Shown piece after piece: positions 51,027-62,935 of a stretch of DNA of 64,000 nt. The notes beneath the pieces are model-generated. The model saw only the letters and a list, made by a program, of their open reading frames with translations, searched no databases and was not told the origin of the DNA. A program made the translations under genes and the position numbers. Where the stretch lies: the NCBI RefSeq assembly GCF_963921235.1, contig NC_086097.1:186684001-186748000 (forward strand). Reading direction: 5' to 3'. Positions within the stretch are counted from its first letter, which is position 1. Each line of letters begins with the position of its first letter. Source of the DNA: Mobula hypostoma. Taxonomy: Eukaryota.

Positions 51027-52012
51027 TTAATCTGTATTCTCTGTACATTCGCGTCTGAATATTTGCAGCTTTTCCTTGTAGTTTGACACTCTGGTTCGAG
51101 TGGAGCGTCCTCGCCCCACTAACTGCCACGACTTCTGCCGAATCCTCTCCAGTAGCGACTCCGGTTGGGTGATAACTTTAATAGGTAGTCCCCGGTCCGC
51201 CAGGTCCGACGTTGCCTCTCCACCGTAGCGTAAGTTTTTGTCCCTTCGTCGTAAAAGACTCTCAGCCGAGCTGGATACAGGGTCTGGAATCTGATGTTGT
51301 TTTCCTTCAGGACTCTCCGTGTTTCCGTATATTCCTTCCGTCTGGCAAGAATCCCCGGTGCATAGTCGTGGTCTAAACTGATTTTACAGTTGTTCCACAT
51401 GAAACCTTTCTTTTGCCATGCTCTTTTAAGCACCTCTTCCTTCGTTCTGTAACTGAGAAATCTGACCAGAATCGATCTGGGCTGGGTGCCTGCCGGAGGC
51501 TGTGATGCCAACGCGCGGTGAGCCCTTTCTATCTGTAGGTCTTTTGCGGCCGGTATATCAAGGTTCTCTCTAAGCAGCTTCTCCACGAAGGGAATTATCA
51601 ATCCGGGTTTACCTTCGGTTCCTTCGGGAACTCCGTAGATCCTCACATTTTCCCTTCTTGAGCGGCCTTCTTGATCTATTAGTTTCCACTGGAGTTGGTC
51701 TTGTAGCTTCAGCATTTCTGCTATCACCTCCTCTGCATTTTGTAGCTTCTCTTCAATTCCAACAATCCTCGCTTCGGCTTCATCTATCCGCGAGTTAGTT
51801 TTTACTATTTCTCCTTTAATATCTTCCAGCTGTTTGCTGTTATCTTGTCGGAACTCGCGAATCTCTCCGAGAATCAAAGACAAAGTCACCGATTCCCCCT
51901 CATTATCTCTGTCCTGGCTTGCCGTGGGGGAGCTAGGCCCTTCGCCTTGCTGCATCTCTTTATGTTTATCAGCCTTCAGAGCGGACTTTTTATTCTTGTT
52001 CTTAGACATCAT
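51027..52012 (-). pseudogene. L1 ORF1 protein (coiled coil, RRM, CTD) with an apparent 1-nt deletion near 51218
   Basis: EGRSRRENVRIYGVPE, IERAHR, PRSILVRF, ARRKEY, LYPARLRV; after YATVE the natural C-terminus continues in another frame to TAA at 51027. Confidence 0.85.
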
Positions 52013-52889
52013 CCTTGCCCCTTTTATTAATATAGTTATGCAATATTAAGTATTTGTCTAAATTCGATTTTGGGGCAGTTTACCTTCTTTTTTGTCGAGA
52101 GACCTTTTCCTTACGCCGCCATTCCCTTGATGACCCGGAAGTCCCCCCAATTATGTCTAGTTTTACGCTAAGTGTAACACCCTTATGAGTCTTTTAGGCT
52201 TTTCCGATACCTTAGAACTCATCTTGCTAACGGCTGCTCACAGGCATGTGTTTAAGCAGTGCCGGCTAGAATGCCGTTCCGAATCCAGGGGAGGAGCTTG
52301 GCGGCTCGGGGCGTGCACTGCCATTTTTCGTAACAGTGAAAACACCTTCTGTTGGCGAAAACAGGGAACTAATGTAGGTCTTTCGTAACAGTGATGTTTC
52401 CTAAAGTGAACGTTCGAAAAGCGGGGGACACCTGTATAGATCAGCCTTGAGAGTGGAGAGGGAAGATGGCTAGTTTAGAGGGGAAGGGAAGAAAAAGGGG
52501 CTGATAGATATTATATGGACTGAGGAGGGGTGAGGGATAATCGACAGAAAGAGACAGGAGGAAGAGGGGTGGAGTTGGAGAGAAGGGTGGAGTGAGAAGA
52601 AATGACGTGTAGTTGAATGGGGCAGAAGTTACAGACGCTGGAGGATGATAAGCAGAACATAAAGGATATGAGTGATAGAATTTGATAAGTATAGAAGGTG
52701 ATAATGAGGTGACTAGGGAAGCCACAGATGCTGGAATCCGAAGCAGCAAACAAACTGCAGATCTGAGTGTGTCAGCTGGTATCTGTCAAGGCAAAGTGTG
52801 ATATTTCAGGTAGGGATTCTGCGTCAAGACTTGATGGCTAGCTGGATGATAATGGGATAACTTGGAGGAAAGGTGAAGGACAGATGGAA

Positions 52890-53098
52890 CAGGAGCAGCA
52901 AACAATCTGCTGGAGTAACTCAGTGGGTCAAGGAGCCTTTGTGGGAAGAAAGAAATTATTGATGTTTCGGGTTGAAGTCCTGCATCATGACTACTGGTTC
53001 TGATGCAGAGTTTCGATCTAAAACATTGGAGTTTACTTTCCTCCCAGAGATGCAGCTTGACCAGCTGAGTTCCTCCAGCAGATTGTTTGTTGCTCCTG
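52890..53098. mobile_element. Old palindromic Penelope-like terminal-repeat pair
   Basis: AGGAGCAGCAAACAATCTGCTGGAG pairs with CTCCAGCAGATTGTTTGTTGCTCCT; decayed CTGATG...GAAAC cores in the centre. Confidence 0.65.
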
Positions 53099-54642
53099 CT
53101 TCCAGTATCTGCAGTCTCTTGTGTCCTGGCAGAGGAAGCAAGATGGGGAAAGGTTCAGTGTGTGATGTGCATATGTGTAGTAGGTGGATGGAACCAGGAG
53201 GGGAAGACAAATGGGTGAAGGAGGTGCTGGAGTTGAGGGTGTAGAATAAGGAACAAAAATGTAAAGACCAGAGGTAGATTGGAAGGAGTATGGGGATGGG
53301 GGGGGCAGGGGGGGAGTACAGGATGTAAGGATTACCTGAATAAAGTTATTTCCTGGGGCATTATAAACATATACAATCATTTACATAGTAAAGTGTAATT
53401 ACTTTTATTCATAAGCTTATGTAAAGCTAAATTATAGTGAATGGGAAATTCATCCATTTTTTAATTGGGGAACAAATGATAACCAAGAAACTAATAGCTG
53501 TTCACAAAGTTACGGATCTTGAAAGCCAACAGCATAAAATCAGTATAACACAGTAGCTACATTTTTATAATCACATGGGGTATACTCAAGAATCCATGCA
53601 ATCTTAGGTAAAATGCACAGTATTCTTAAACCAATAAGACATACTAATATAACAATACTGCAAGGAGTTTCATGTCTTGCTTACTTTGATGATTAATGGC
53701 ACCCCTAACATTGGTAGAGGTACTTCATTTACTGTACTACACACCTTTTCTTGGCTCTGAAAGCCAAATCTATTCTTAGAAAGAATAATATGTTGGAACT
53801 ATTATAGAAAAAAAGCTGAATGTTATTAAAAAGAATTGGGGAAGGGGAAAACTAAAGTGATAGGAGCAAGCTGGACTTAGAAGAATAGTCTTTGAACTGA
53901 GCTAAACTGATGAAAGAAATGAACTTGCATAATGAATAGTGGTTTTTGGATTTGCAGGAAGGTGCGCAGTAAAACTACCTGAAGAAGTAGATTTCCCTGT
54001 GATTGAATTTTTAAAAAATGAATGAAAATGAAAACACTAGTGCCAATGAAAGTATAACATTATTTTGCCATTATTATGTTTTGCAAGCCCCGTTGTATTT
54101 TCATAAAAATAACAATCATAATTAAGTAATAGTGGCAGAGAAATATAAGGGATTGTGTCATTTTTCTTCAGTTTAATTAAAAATATGCTAGGGGGTTACT
54201 CTGAGTTAGCAATCTAGTGCAATACAGAGGAAGTGTCTTCTGCAATACTCTAGTTATTACATTTTATATAACCAACTACATATTGGTTGCTGCAAGATTG
54301 CGAAAACTGATGATTTGATGCAGGGGTTCACATAGGTAAATCTCTTGATCGTAATTACTATTGTAAATCCAATTTTTATTTTAATCTTTAAGCTGTATTT
54401 AGCTTTAACAAAGTAATCTTTATAATTTATAAACTCTTGTAAAGCCCATTATCCTCACTGGAGCATCAGCTGCGAGCAGCAGCTAGCCAGAATACTCTAT
54501 CTCGGGCCAATCTTTCAACTTGTCCCCAAGTGTGTGGTCAGTCTTCAAAGATGTTCCTCTCCCAGGGATGAGGTCTTTGGAATTTCTGTTGGTGTTTCGG
54601 TAACTCTGGGTTTTTAGGACATGGGGTTGTTAGCGGCATACC

Positions 54643-55263
54643 TGTAAACGTAAATTTGCTGGATCAAATAACGACAGCACAAAAAGATTGTTACTTATCT
54701 TTTCACCCGTTTATTTCTTCGAGCTCAGCCAGCGAGTGAACATGGTCCCAACATCAGGGAGAGAAGCGTTCTCATCCCTCCGGCAGTTCAACAAGTTCAC
54801 TGCCTGATGTCAGAATTGTTAGAAGTTATAAGGCCACCGGTACAATAGAACAATCAGTTTGATAAGCATTCCAGCCAAGTCAATGAACTATTGATACAAA
54901 AGAACAATCAATTTGATAGACACTCTAGCCACCTTAATTAAAGAAAGGAATGTCCTACCTGGTTCGTTGGAGCCACAACTTAATTACAAAGATAAGAACA
55001 TCTATCAAATGCATGCTTTAATTAAGAAAGGAATGCCCTGTCTAATTTGCATCAGGTACTGCCTTTTGTCAAAACCAAAAGGTGTGAAAAGCCAGGAGTA
55101 ATCTTATGTGGGTGAACTTTAACTCTTGTCTTGCTCCAAAGGGATCAGCTGTGAGACATTATTCAAACCCACTGCAGTCACCCACAAAATACACAGACAT
55201 AGTCGGTACTTAACCCATTGATTACAGGAATCTGAGAATCCCCCTTTCCCTTAAACTTTATCA
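54643..55263 (-). mobile_element. Putative solo LTR (621 bp; ERV- or Gypsy-type)
   Basis: TG...CA ends; flanks TACC/TACT; minus-strand TATAA (54826-54830) then AATAAA (54710-54715); internal direct repeats; the flanks rejoin as one GC-rich repeat. Confidence 0.65.
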
Positions 55264-55500
55264 TACTCAACCCTCCTCCTTTCGCAGCCGGGCTTGGGAC
55301 CATGGCAGATCTAACTTTGAAAGACCTGTGTGATTCTGTTGAATTTCTTTGTCCAAAAAAAAATTGCAACCAATAACCTAGATAAGTTCAAAGTATTTTC
55401 TGATGTTATTAATGTCTGTTTTTCTTAAAGCTGTTTGGAAAAGATGTAAGTTAATTCCACTCATCTTGTTCTTATACTCATTCATATTTTCCTGTTACAG

Positions 55501-55634
55501 AAGGACCTTACTATTTATTAGTTGGTGTAAATTACATTGTTGGACGAAAAAACTGTGCAATCCTTCTACAAGATGATCAGTCCATCAGTCGTTCACATGC
55601 TACACTTTCGATTGTTCATCCTGCTGCAAATTTG
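55501..55634 (+). CDS. NBN: NBN exon 2 (134 nt, FHA domain)
   Basis: tacag|AA...TTG|gtaatc; encodes GPYYLLVGVNYIVGRKNCAILLQDDQSISRSHATLSIVHPAANL. Confidence 0.96.
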
Positions 55635-56683
55635 GTAATCAGTCACCAGCCAAATTTTCTTTTGTAGAATTAATTTGCATTAGTCTCTTCATTAGAGCCT
55701 TAATTTGTTTCTTTTCAATAATCAGAATTTACATTTCGTTATTACCATCACTTCAGTTATTGCCAGTGTTGAGAGTTTGATTAGGAAACAGATTGAGAAC
55801 AGTCACTTAGTTATCATCAAAAGTGGCTTTTAATAGTAGGTAAGTCAGGAGTAAGGTGGTCAATACCTTGATATAACCAGCCATTTGTCCTCAAAGCAAA
55901 CTTGCATTATGCTGTGCCTCACTAATCACTTGGAAACTAGCTTCCCAGTAGAAGATTAAGCTCTGGACCACCTGGAAGAAAAGTGAAGCTGCTGTTTTCT
56001 ATCTACTAAATGACAGAATGCTACATTGGGATAGATTTGATAGTCATAGTCATACTTTATTGATCCTGAGGGAAATTGGTTTTCGTTACAGTTGCACCAA
56101 CCAAGAATAGAATATAAAAGAATAGACTGATACTTTGGTTTTAGTCCTTTTGTATAATTTAAAAACTGTCAGAAGGATGATATGTCATACCAAGTTGCCT
56201 AAAGATATAAAGGTACAATAAGTCTATCTGTACTAAGAGAGACTTGTCCCTTTTACCCCAATTATTGTGCTTTATTTTAGGATCTGCTGCGTAGAGATGG
56301 TTCAGAAATGGAGCTCGTTCTATGCAGCTATTAACAGCATGAATAAGAATGGCATTTGAACTCAGTTCTCCATATTGTAAGGGCAGAGCAGCAGAACTTC
56401 ATAACATCAAGTTTGAAGCTTGCCACAATGTATCAGCTTTTAAACTAATGGTCAAGAAAATAAATTGATATAACTCTTTATAATTCAGAGATTAGGGGTA
56501 TTCAGTAAAAAATAACCATAAATGTATCAGAATGTATACATGTGAATTGCACATATAGTTTAAAGAAAGTGTGAATCTATTTTAGTTTGTAACTTATTTA
56601 ATAACTTTGACTGTTATTAGCAGCGTGAAAATTTTTAAAAAATGGTATTTCGTATTCTAAATTTATTTTATTTTTCTTTATAG

Positions 56684-56832
56684 AACCAAGTTGCCAATAT
56701 CCCAGTACTGACATTAAAAGATACTTCAAAGTATGGCACCTTTGTAAATGAGGTGCGATTAGAAAAGGACAAACCAAGGATCTTGAATTCAGGAGAATTG
56801 GTTACATTTGGAGTTTTTGACAGCAAATTCAG
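56684..56832 (+). CDS. NBN: NBN exon 3 (149 nt, end of the FHA domain)
   Basis: tatag|AAC...AG|gtgatc; encodes [49 protein letters not shown]. Confidence 0.96.
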
Positions 56833-57678
56833 GTGATCATTTTCTACTTCAGTGCAAAATTTAACAAAATTGAACTTAATTAGTTTTTCAAGTCAGTATC
56901 TCCTATTTGTTTGAGAATACCGTTATTGTTGACATACAACATTTATGTTGAATCTGGAGATATTTAAAGGATAAAAAAAATACTGCTGGTGATGGTTTTT
57001 GATTTTTTCTTACACTCATACACTAGACTTGATCGGTTTGTTTGTGTAGACATAGAATTTTCCATTGCTGTTTTTGAAGATAAGAGTTCTCTTAGTACAT
57101 CTCCAATGTACATCTGCAGTCAAAACTACCAAAGTATATTGGTGCTCTTGCTGAGTCACTTAAGCTGACTGCTTGCCTGTCTTCAAATCCCTTTCTTTCT
57201 GTAGCAAATCTTTTATCTGCAGAATGGCAGCTACTTGATATCATCGGTGCAGGGTCTTTCCAATTGTAAATGGTGGTCTGTGCCTCTAATGTTTTGAGGG
57301 CCAGTTAACTCATGCTGAAAGCTATGAGGAGATTGAGTGCCTCTAATGCAGATGTTCAAAAATAGTTAAAAATTCACTGAATTTTAAAAGTTGTGTGCAA
57401 ATAAAAATTGTAAATCTAAAAAGAAACCTGACATTGAAATCAACTTGGTTCAATACAAGGATACAAAACTATCTTGTCCGTGCATTCTAACTGCAGTTGT
57501 TTCTTCCAGATAAGAGCAATGGGATTACTAGTTAATACTAAATTATCAGGCTAGAAAATTGCAGAAATCTCCTCTTCCAGCATAACCCTTTTCTGAGCTC
57601 AATAAGGGAATTAATTTTAAAACAGAACTGTGTCCAGGTGTTGGAAATTTGGGACTAATGCTTCCTTTGAGCACTTTG

Positions 57679-60600
57679 AACATAGAAACATAGAAAATAG
57701 GTGCAGGAGTAGGCCATTCGGCCCTTCGAGCCTGCACCGTCATTTATTATGATCATGGCTGATCATCCAACTCAGAACCCCACCCCAGCCTTCCCTCCAT
57801 ACCCCCTGACCCCCGTAGCCACAAGGGCCATATCTAACTCCCTCTTAAATATAGCCAATGAACTGGCCTCAACTGTTCCCTGTGGCAGAGAATTCCACAG
57901 ATTCACCACTCTCTGTGTGAAGAAGTTTTTCCTCATCTCGGTCCTAAAAGGCTTCCCCTTTATCCTCAAACTGTGGCCCCTCGTTCTGGACTTCCCCAAC
58001 ATCGGGAACAATCTTCCTGCATCTAGCCTGACCAATTCCTTTAGGATTTTATACGTTTCAATCAGATCCCCCCTCAATCTTCTAAATTCCAACGAGTACA
58101 AGCCCAGTTCATCCAGTCTTTCTTCATATGAAAGTCCTGCCATCCCAGGAATCAATCTGGTGAACCTTCTTTGTACTCCCTGTATGGCAAGGATGTCTTT
58201 CCTCAGATTAGGGGACCAAAACTGCACAAAATACTCCAGGTATGGTCTCACCAAGGCCTTGTACAACTGCAGTAGTACCTCCCTGCTCCTGTACTCGAAT
58301 CCTCTCGCTATAAATGCCAGCATACCATTCGCCTTTTTCACCGCCTGCTGTACCTGCATGCCCACTTTCAGTGACTGGTGTATAATGACACCCAGGTCGC
58401 GTTGCACCTCCCCTTTTCCTAATCGGCCACCATTCAGATAATAATCTGTTTTCCTATTTTTGCCACCAAAGTGGATAACTTCACATTTATCCACATTAAA
58501 TTGCATCTGCCATGAATTTGCCCACTCACCCAACCTATCCAAGTCACCCTGCATCCTCTTAGCATCCTCCTCACTGCTAACACTGCCACCCAGCTTCGTG
58601 TCATCCGCAAACTTTGAGATGCTGCATTTAATTCCCTCATCCAAGTCATTAATATATATTGTAAACAACTGGGGTCCCAGCACTGAGCCTTGCGGTACCC
58701 CACTAGTCACCGCCTGCCATTCTGAAAAGGTCCCGTTTATTCCCACTCTTTGCTTCCTGTCTGCTAACCAATTCTCCATCCACATCAATACCTTACCCCC
58801 AATACCGTGTGCTTTAAGTTTGCACACTAATCTCCTGTGTGGGACCTTGTCAAAAGCCTTTTGAAAATCCAAATATACCACATCCACTGGTTCTCCCCTA
58901 TCCACTCTACTAGTTACATCCTCAAAAAATTCTATGAGATGCGTCAGACATGATTTTCCTTTCACAAATCCATTCTGACTTTGTCCGATGATTTCACCGC
59001 TTTCCAAATGTGCTGTTATCACATCCTTGATAACTGACTCCAGCAGTTTCCCCACCACCGACGTTAAGCTAACCGGTCTATAATTCCCCGGTTTCTCTCT
59101 GCCTCCTTTTTTAAAAAGTGGGGTTACATTAGCCACCCTCCAATCCTCAGGAACTAGTCCAGAATCTAACGAGTTTTGAAAAATTATCACTAATGCATCC
59201 ACTATTTCTTGGGCTACTTCCTTAAGCACTCTGGGATGCAGACCATCTGGCCCTGGGGATTTATCTGCCTTCAATCCCTTCAATTTACCTAACACCACTT
59301 CCCTACTAACATGTATTTCACTCAGTTCCTCCATCTCACTGGACCCTCTGTCCCCTACTATTTCTGGAAGATTATTTATGTCCTCCTTAGTGAAGACAGA
59401 ACCAAAGTAATTATTCAATTGGTCTGCCATGTCCTTGCTCCCCATAATCAATTCACCTGTTTCTGTCTATAGGGGACCTACATTTGTCTTTACCAGTCTT
59501 TTCCTTTTTACATATCTATAAAAGCTTTTACAGTCAGTTTTTATGTTCCCTGCCAGTTTTCTCTCATAATCTTTTTTCCCCTTCCTAATTAAGCCCTTTG
59601 TCCTCCTCTGCTGAACTCTGAATTTCTTCCAGTCCTCAGGTGAGCCACTTTCTCTGGCTAATTTGTATGCTTCTTCTTTGGAATTGATACTATCCCTAAT
59701 TTCTCTTGTCAGCCACAGGTGCACTACCTTCCTTGATTTATTCTTTTGCCAAACTGGAATGAACAATTGTTGTAGTTCATCCATGCAACCTTTAAATGCT
59801 TGCCATTGCATATCCACCGTCAATCCTTTAAGTGTCATTTGCCAGTCTATCTTAGCTAATTCACGTCTCATACCTTCAAAGTTACCCCTCTTTAAGTTCA
59901 GAACCTTTGTTTCTGAATTAACTATGTCACTCTCCATCTTAATGAAGAATTCCACCATATTATGGTCACTCTTACCCAAGGGGCCTCTCACGACAAGATT
60001 GCTAATTAACCCTTCCTCATTGCTCAAAACCCAGTCCAGAATAGCCTGCTCTCTAGTTGGTTCCTCGACATGTTGGTTCAAAAAACCATCCCGCATACAT
60101 TCCAAGAAATCCTCTTCCTCAGCACCTTTACCAATTTGGTTCACCCAATCTACATGTAGATTGAAGTCACCCATTATAACTGCTGTTCCTTTATTGCACA
60201 CATTTCTAATTTCCTGTTTAATACCATCTCCGACCTCACTACTACTGTTAGGTGGCCTGTCCACATTTCCCACCAGCGTCTTCTGCCCCTTAGTGTTATG
60301 CAGCTCTACCCATATCGATTCCACATCTTCCCGGCTTATGTCCTTCCTTTCTATTGCGTTAATCTCTTCTTTAACCAGCAACGCCACCCCACCTCCCCTT
60401 CCTTCATGTCTATCCCTCCTGAATATTGAATATCCCTGAAAGTTGAGCTCCCATCCCTGGTCACCCTGGAGCCATGTCTCTGTGATCCCAACTATATCAT
60501 AATCATTAATAACAATCTGCACTTTCAATTCATCCACCTTATTACAAATGCTCCTTGCATTGACACACAAAGCCTTCAGGTGCTCTTTTACAACTCTCTT

Positions 60601-60906
60601 CGCCCTTATACAACTATGTTGAAAAGTGGCCCTTTTTAATGCTTGCCCTGGATTTGTCGGCCTGCCACTTCTACTTTTCTCCTTAGTACTTTTTGCTTCT
60701 ACCCTCACTTTACACCCCTCTGTCTCTCTGCACTGGTTCCCATCCCCCTGTTGTGAACTAACCTCCTCACGCCTAGCCTCTTTAATTTGATTCCCACCCC
60801 CCAACCATTCTAGTTTAAAGTCACGTCAGTAGCCCTCGCTAATCTCCCTGCCAGGATATTGGTCCCCCTAGGATTCAAGTGTAACCTGTCCTTTTTGTAC
60901 AGGTCA
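57679..60906 (-). mobile_element. Young 5'-truncated CR1 LINE: ORF1 tail plus a full ORF2 with one premature stop
   Basis: ORF1 end DLYKKDRLHLNPRGTNILAGRL (SGNH-esterase DxxH-like); in-frame ORFs 59467-60804 and 57772-59451 separated by one TAG; (TTCTATGT)n-type tail. Confidence 0.95.
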
Positions 60907-61379
60907 TATGTCTAGTGATCTAAGTAAGAAAAATAATTTTGCTTGGAACTGTAATAAAACCATAAGTCATAGGAGTAGTAATCTTTTGGGTGGAAAAAAC
61001 TTACCATGAGTTGGGTTTTTCATCTCAGTTTTAGCTTTGTGACTTTAATGCAAATGTTTTGCAGTGTTTTTAGTAATTAATGCAATCCTACAGATTTGTT
61101 TGTTGGCTCTTAGTTCCTAAGCAGCATCTGTGGAGTCAAAAGGGAGATCAGTCCATCAGATTAGAATTTTGATTTGGTCGTTCTATTCCATTTCTGTGAG
61201 GCAAGCAGCTCAGAATTGAATTGAATTTACTTTATTTCTAAAATCCTTCACGTACATGAGGAGTTTTGGCCGAGACTCTAAGGCAGAGTCTCAGCCGAAA
61301 TGTCAGCTATACTCTTCCATAGATGCTTCCTGGCCTGCTGAGTTCCTCCAGCATTTTCTGTGTGTTGCCTGTGCGAATC

Positions 61380-62935
61380 CCTGCAGCATCTGGTGACCCT
61401 TTGATCTCTGTCTTAGAAGCCAATGGCAGAAAGTCTTTCAAAAGGGTGAACACTGGCATGGCATCAGGCCTTGATGGTATACCAGGTAGAGCACTGAAAA
61501 CCTGTGCCCACCAACCGGTGGGAGTAGTTAAGAACTTCTTCAGTTTCTCACTGCAGTAGTTGGAAGTTCCCAACTGCTTCAAAAGGGTGACAATCATATC
61601 AGTGCCCAAGAAGAGCAGGGAGCAACAACTATCGCCCAGTTGCACTCACATCTACTGTGATGAAGCGCTTTGAGTTATTGGTCATGGCCAGAATCAACTC
61701 CTGCTTGAGGAAGGACCTGGGCCCGCTGCTATTTGTCTATCGCCAAAATAGATCTACAGCGGTTGCACTCCCACTGACTCTCCATTTGGCCTTGAACCAC
61801 CTGGACAATAGCAATACCTACGTCGGACTTCTGTTTATTGATTATAGCTCAGAGTTCAACACCATTATACCCTCAGAACTAACTAACAAGCTCCAAAACC
61901 TGGGCCTCTTGTGCTTCCCTCAGCAACTGGATCCTTAATTTTGTCATCAATAGACCACAGTCAGTGCAGATCATAAATAATATCTGCTTGCTGACAATCA
62001 ACACCGGCAAACCTGCTGCCATGCATGGTTATCACAGTGCTCTACTTTCTCTACACCTATGAGTTTGTGATTAGGTTTAGCTCAAATGTCATCTAAGTTT
62101 GCTGATGACGCCACTGTTGTTGGCAGAATTTCAGGTTGGGATGTGGAGGCATACAGGAGTGAGAGAGATCAGCTAGTTGAGTGGTCTGGCAACAACAACC
62201 TTGCAGTCAATGTCAGTAAGACCAAGGAATTGATTGTGGACTTCAGGAAGGGAAATCAGTCTTCATGGAGAGATCAAAAGTGGGAAGGTGAGTAGTTTCA
62301 AGTTAATGGGTGTCAACATCTCTGAAGATCTATCCTGGGCCCAACCTATTGATGAAATTACAAAGAAAGCATGACAGTGGCTGTATTTCATTAGGAGTTT
62401 GGGGAGATTTGGTATGTCACCAAAGACACTTTCAAATTTCTACAGGTGTATCATGGAGAGCATTTTACAAGTTGCATTGTCATCTGGTATGGAGAAGCCA
62501 CTGCAGAGGATCGGGAAGAAACTCAGAAAGTTGTAAACTCGGCCAGCTTCACCATAGGCACTAGCCTCTCTGGCGCTAAGGACATCTTCAAAAGGTGATG
62601 ACTCAAAAAGACGACATCCATCTTTAACATCCTCATCATCAAGGACATTCCCTCTTCTCATTGCTACCATCAAGGAGGAGCATGAAGACATACATTCAAT
62701 ATTTTAGAAACAACTTCTTCCCCTCCACCATTAGTTTCTGAATGGTCAATGTACCCATGTATACTGCCTCATTATTTTTCCCCTCTCTTTTTGCACTACA
62801 TATTTAATTTCATTTTTAATATAGCTATTTTTATTGAAATTTATAGTGGTTTTTATTATGTATTGCACTGCTGCCACAAAACAACAAATTTCTTAGCATA
62901 TGCCGGTGATGTCAACCTGATTCAGATTCTCTTGT
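61380..62935 (+). mobile_element. Degraded Rex1/L2-type LINE (RT and 3' end)
   Basis: [26 protein letters not shown]...[19 protein letters not shown]...VSKTKELIVDFRK. Confidence 0.8.

Larger units (their letters stand above)
46324..52148 (-). mobile_element. Full-length L1-clade LINE (~5.8 kb) with a 16-bp TSD
   Basis: TSD AATTATGTCTAGTTTT at 46308-46323 and 52149-52164; G-rich 5' end; ORF1, spacer, ORF2, 3' UTR, AATAAA and short poly(A). Confidence 0.96.
44989..52434 (-). mobile_element. Tigger/pogo deletion derivative (44989-46323 plus 52165-52434), split by an L1
   Basis: TIRs CAGGT(T/G)TCCCCCGC; TA duplications at 44987-44988 and 52435-52436; minus-strand remnants GVTLSVKLDIIKRFDRGE (CENP-B-type HTH) and DVEEVLASHDQELINEELMQL...SILSFFKP. 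Confidence 0.88.
44245..52447 (+). mobile_element. PIF/Harbinger deletion derivative (44245-44988 plus 52437-52447); right TIR split by a Tigger
   Basis: Left TIR AGGCTGATTTATACTTGTGCGT; right TIR rebuilds as ACGCACAAGTA|TAGATCAGCCT; TGA on both flanks; internal remnant HFKYFRM...RFDELV...[16 protein letters not shown]...[12 protein letters not shown] is Harbinger transposase N-terminal-like. Confidence 0.85.

Noticed and set aside
57749..60439. Long plus-strand ORFs (230, 134 and 258 aa) opposite the CR1 ORF2
   Set aside because: Antisense shadows of a young LINE ORF; no recognisable domain, and the same pattern appears opposite other CR1 copies
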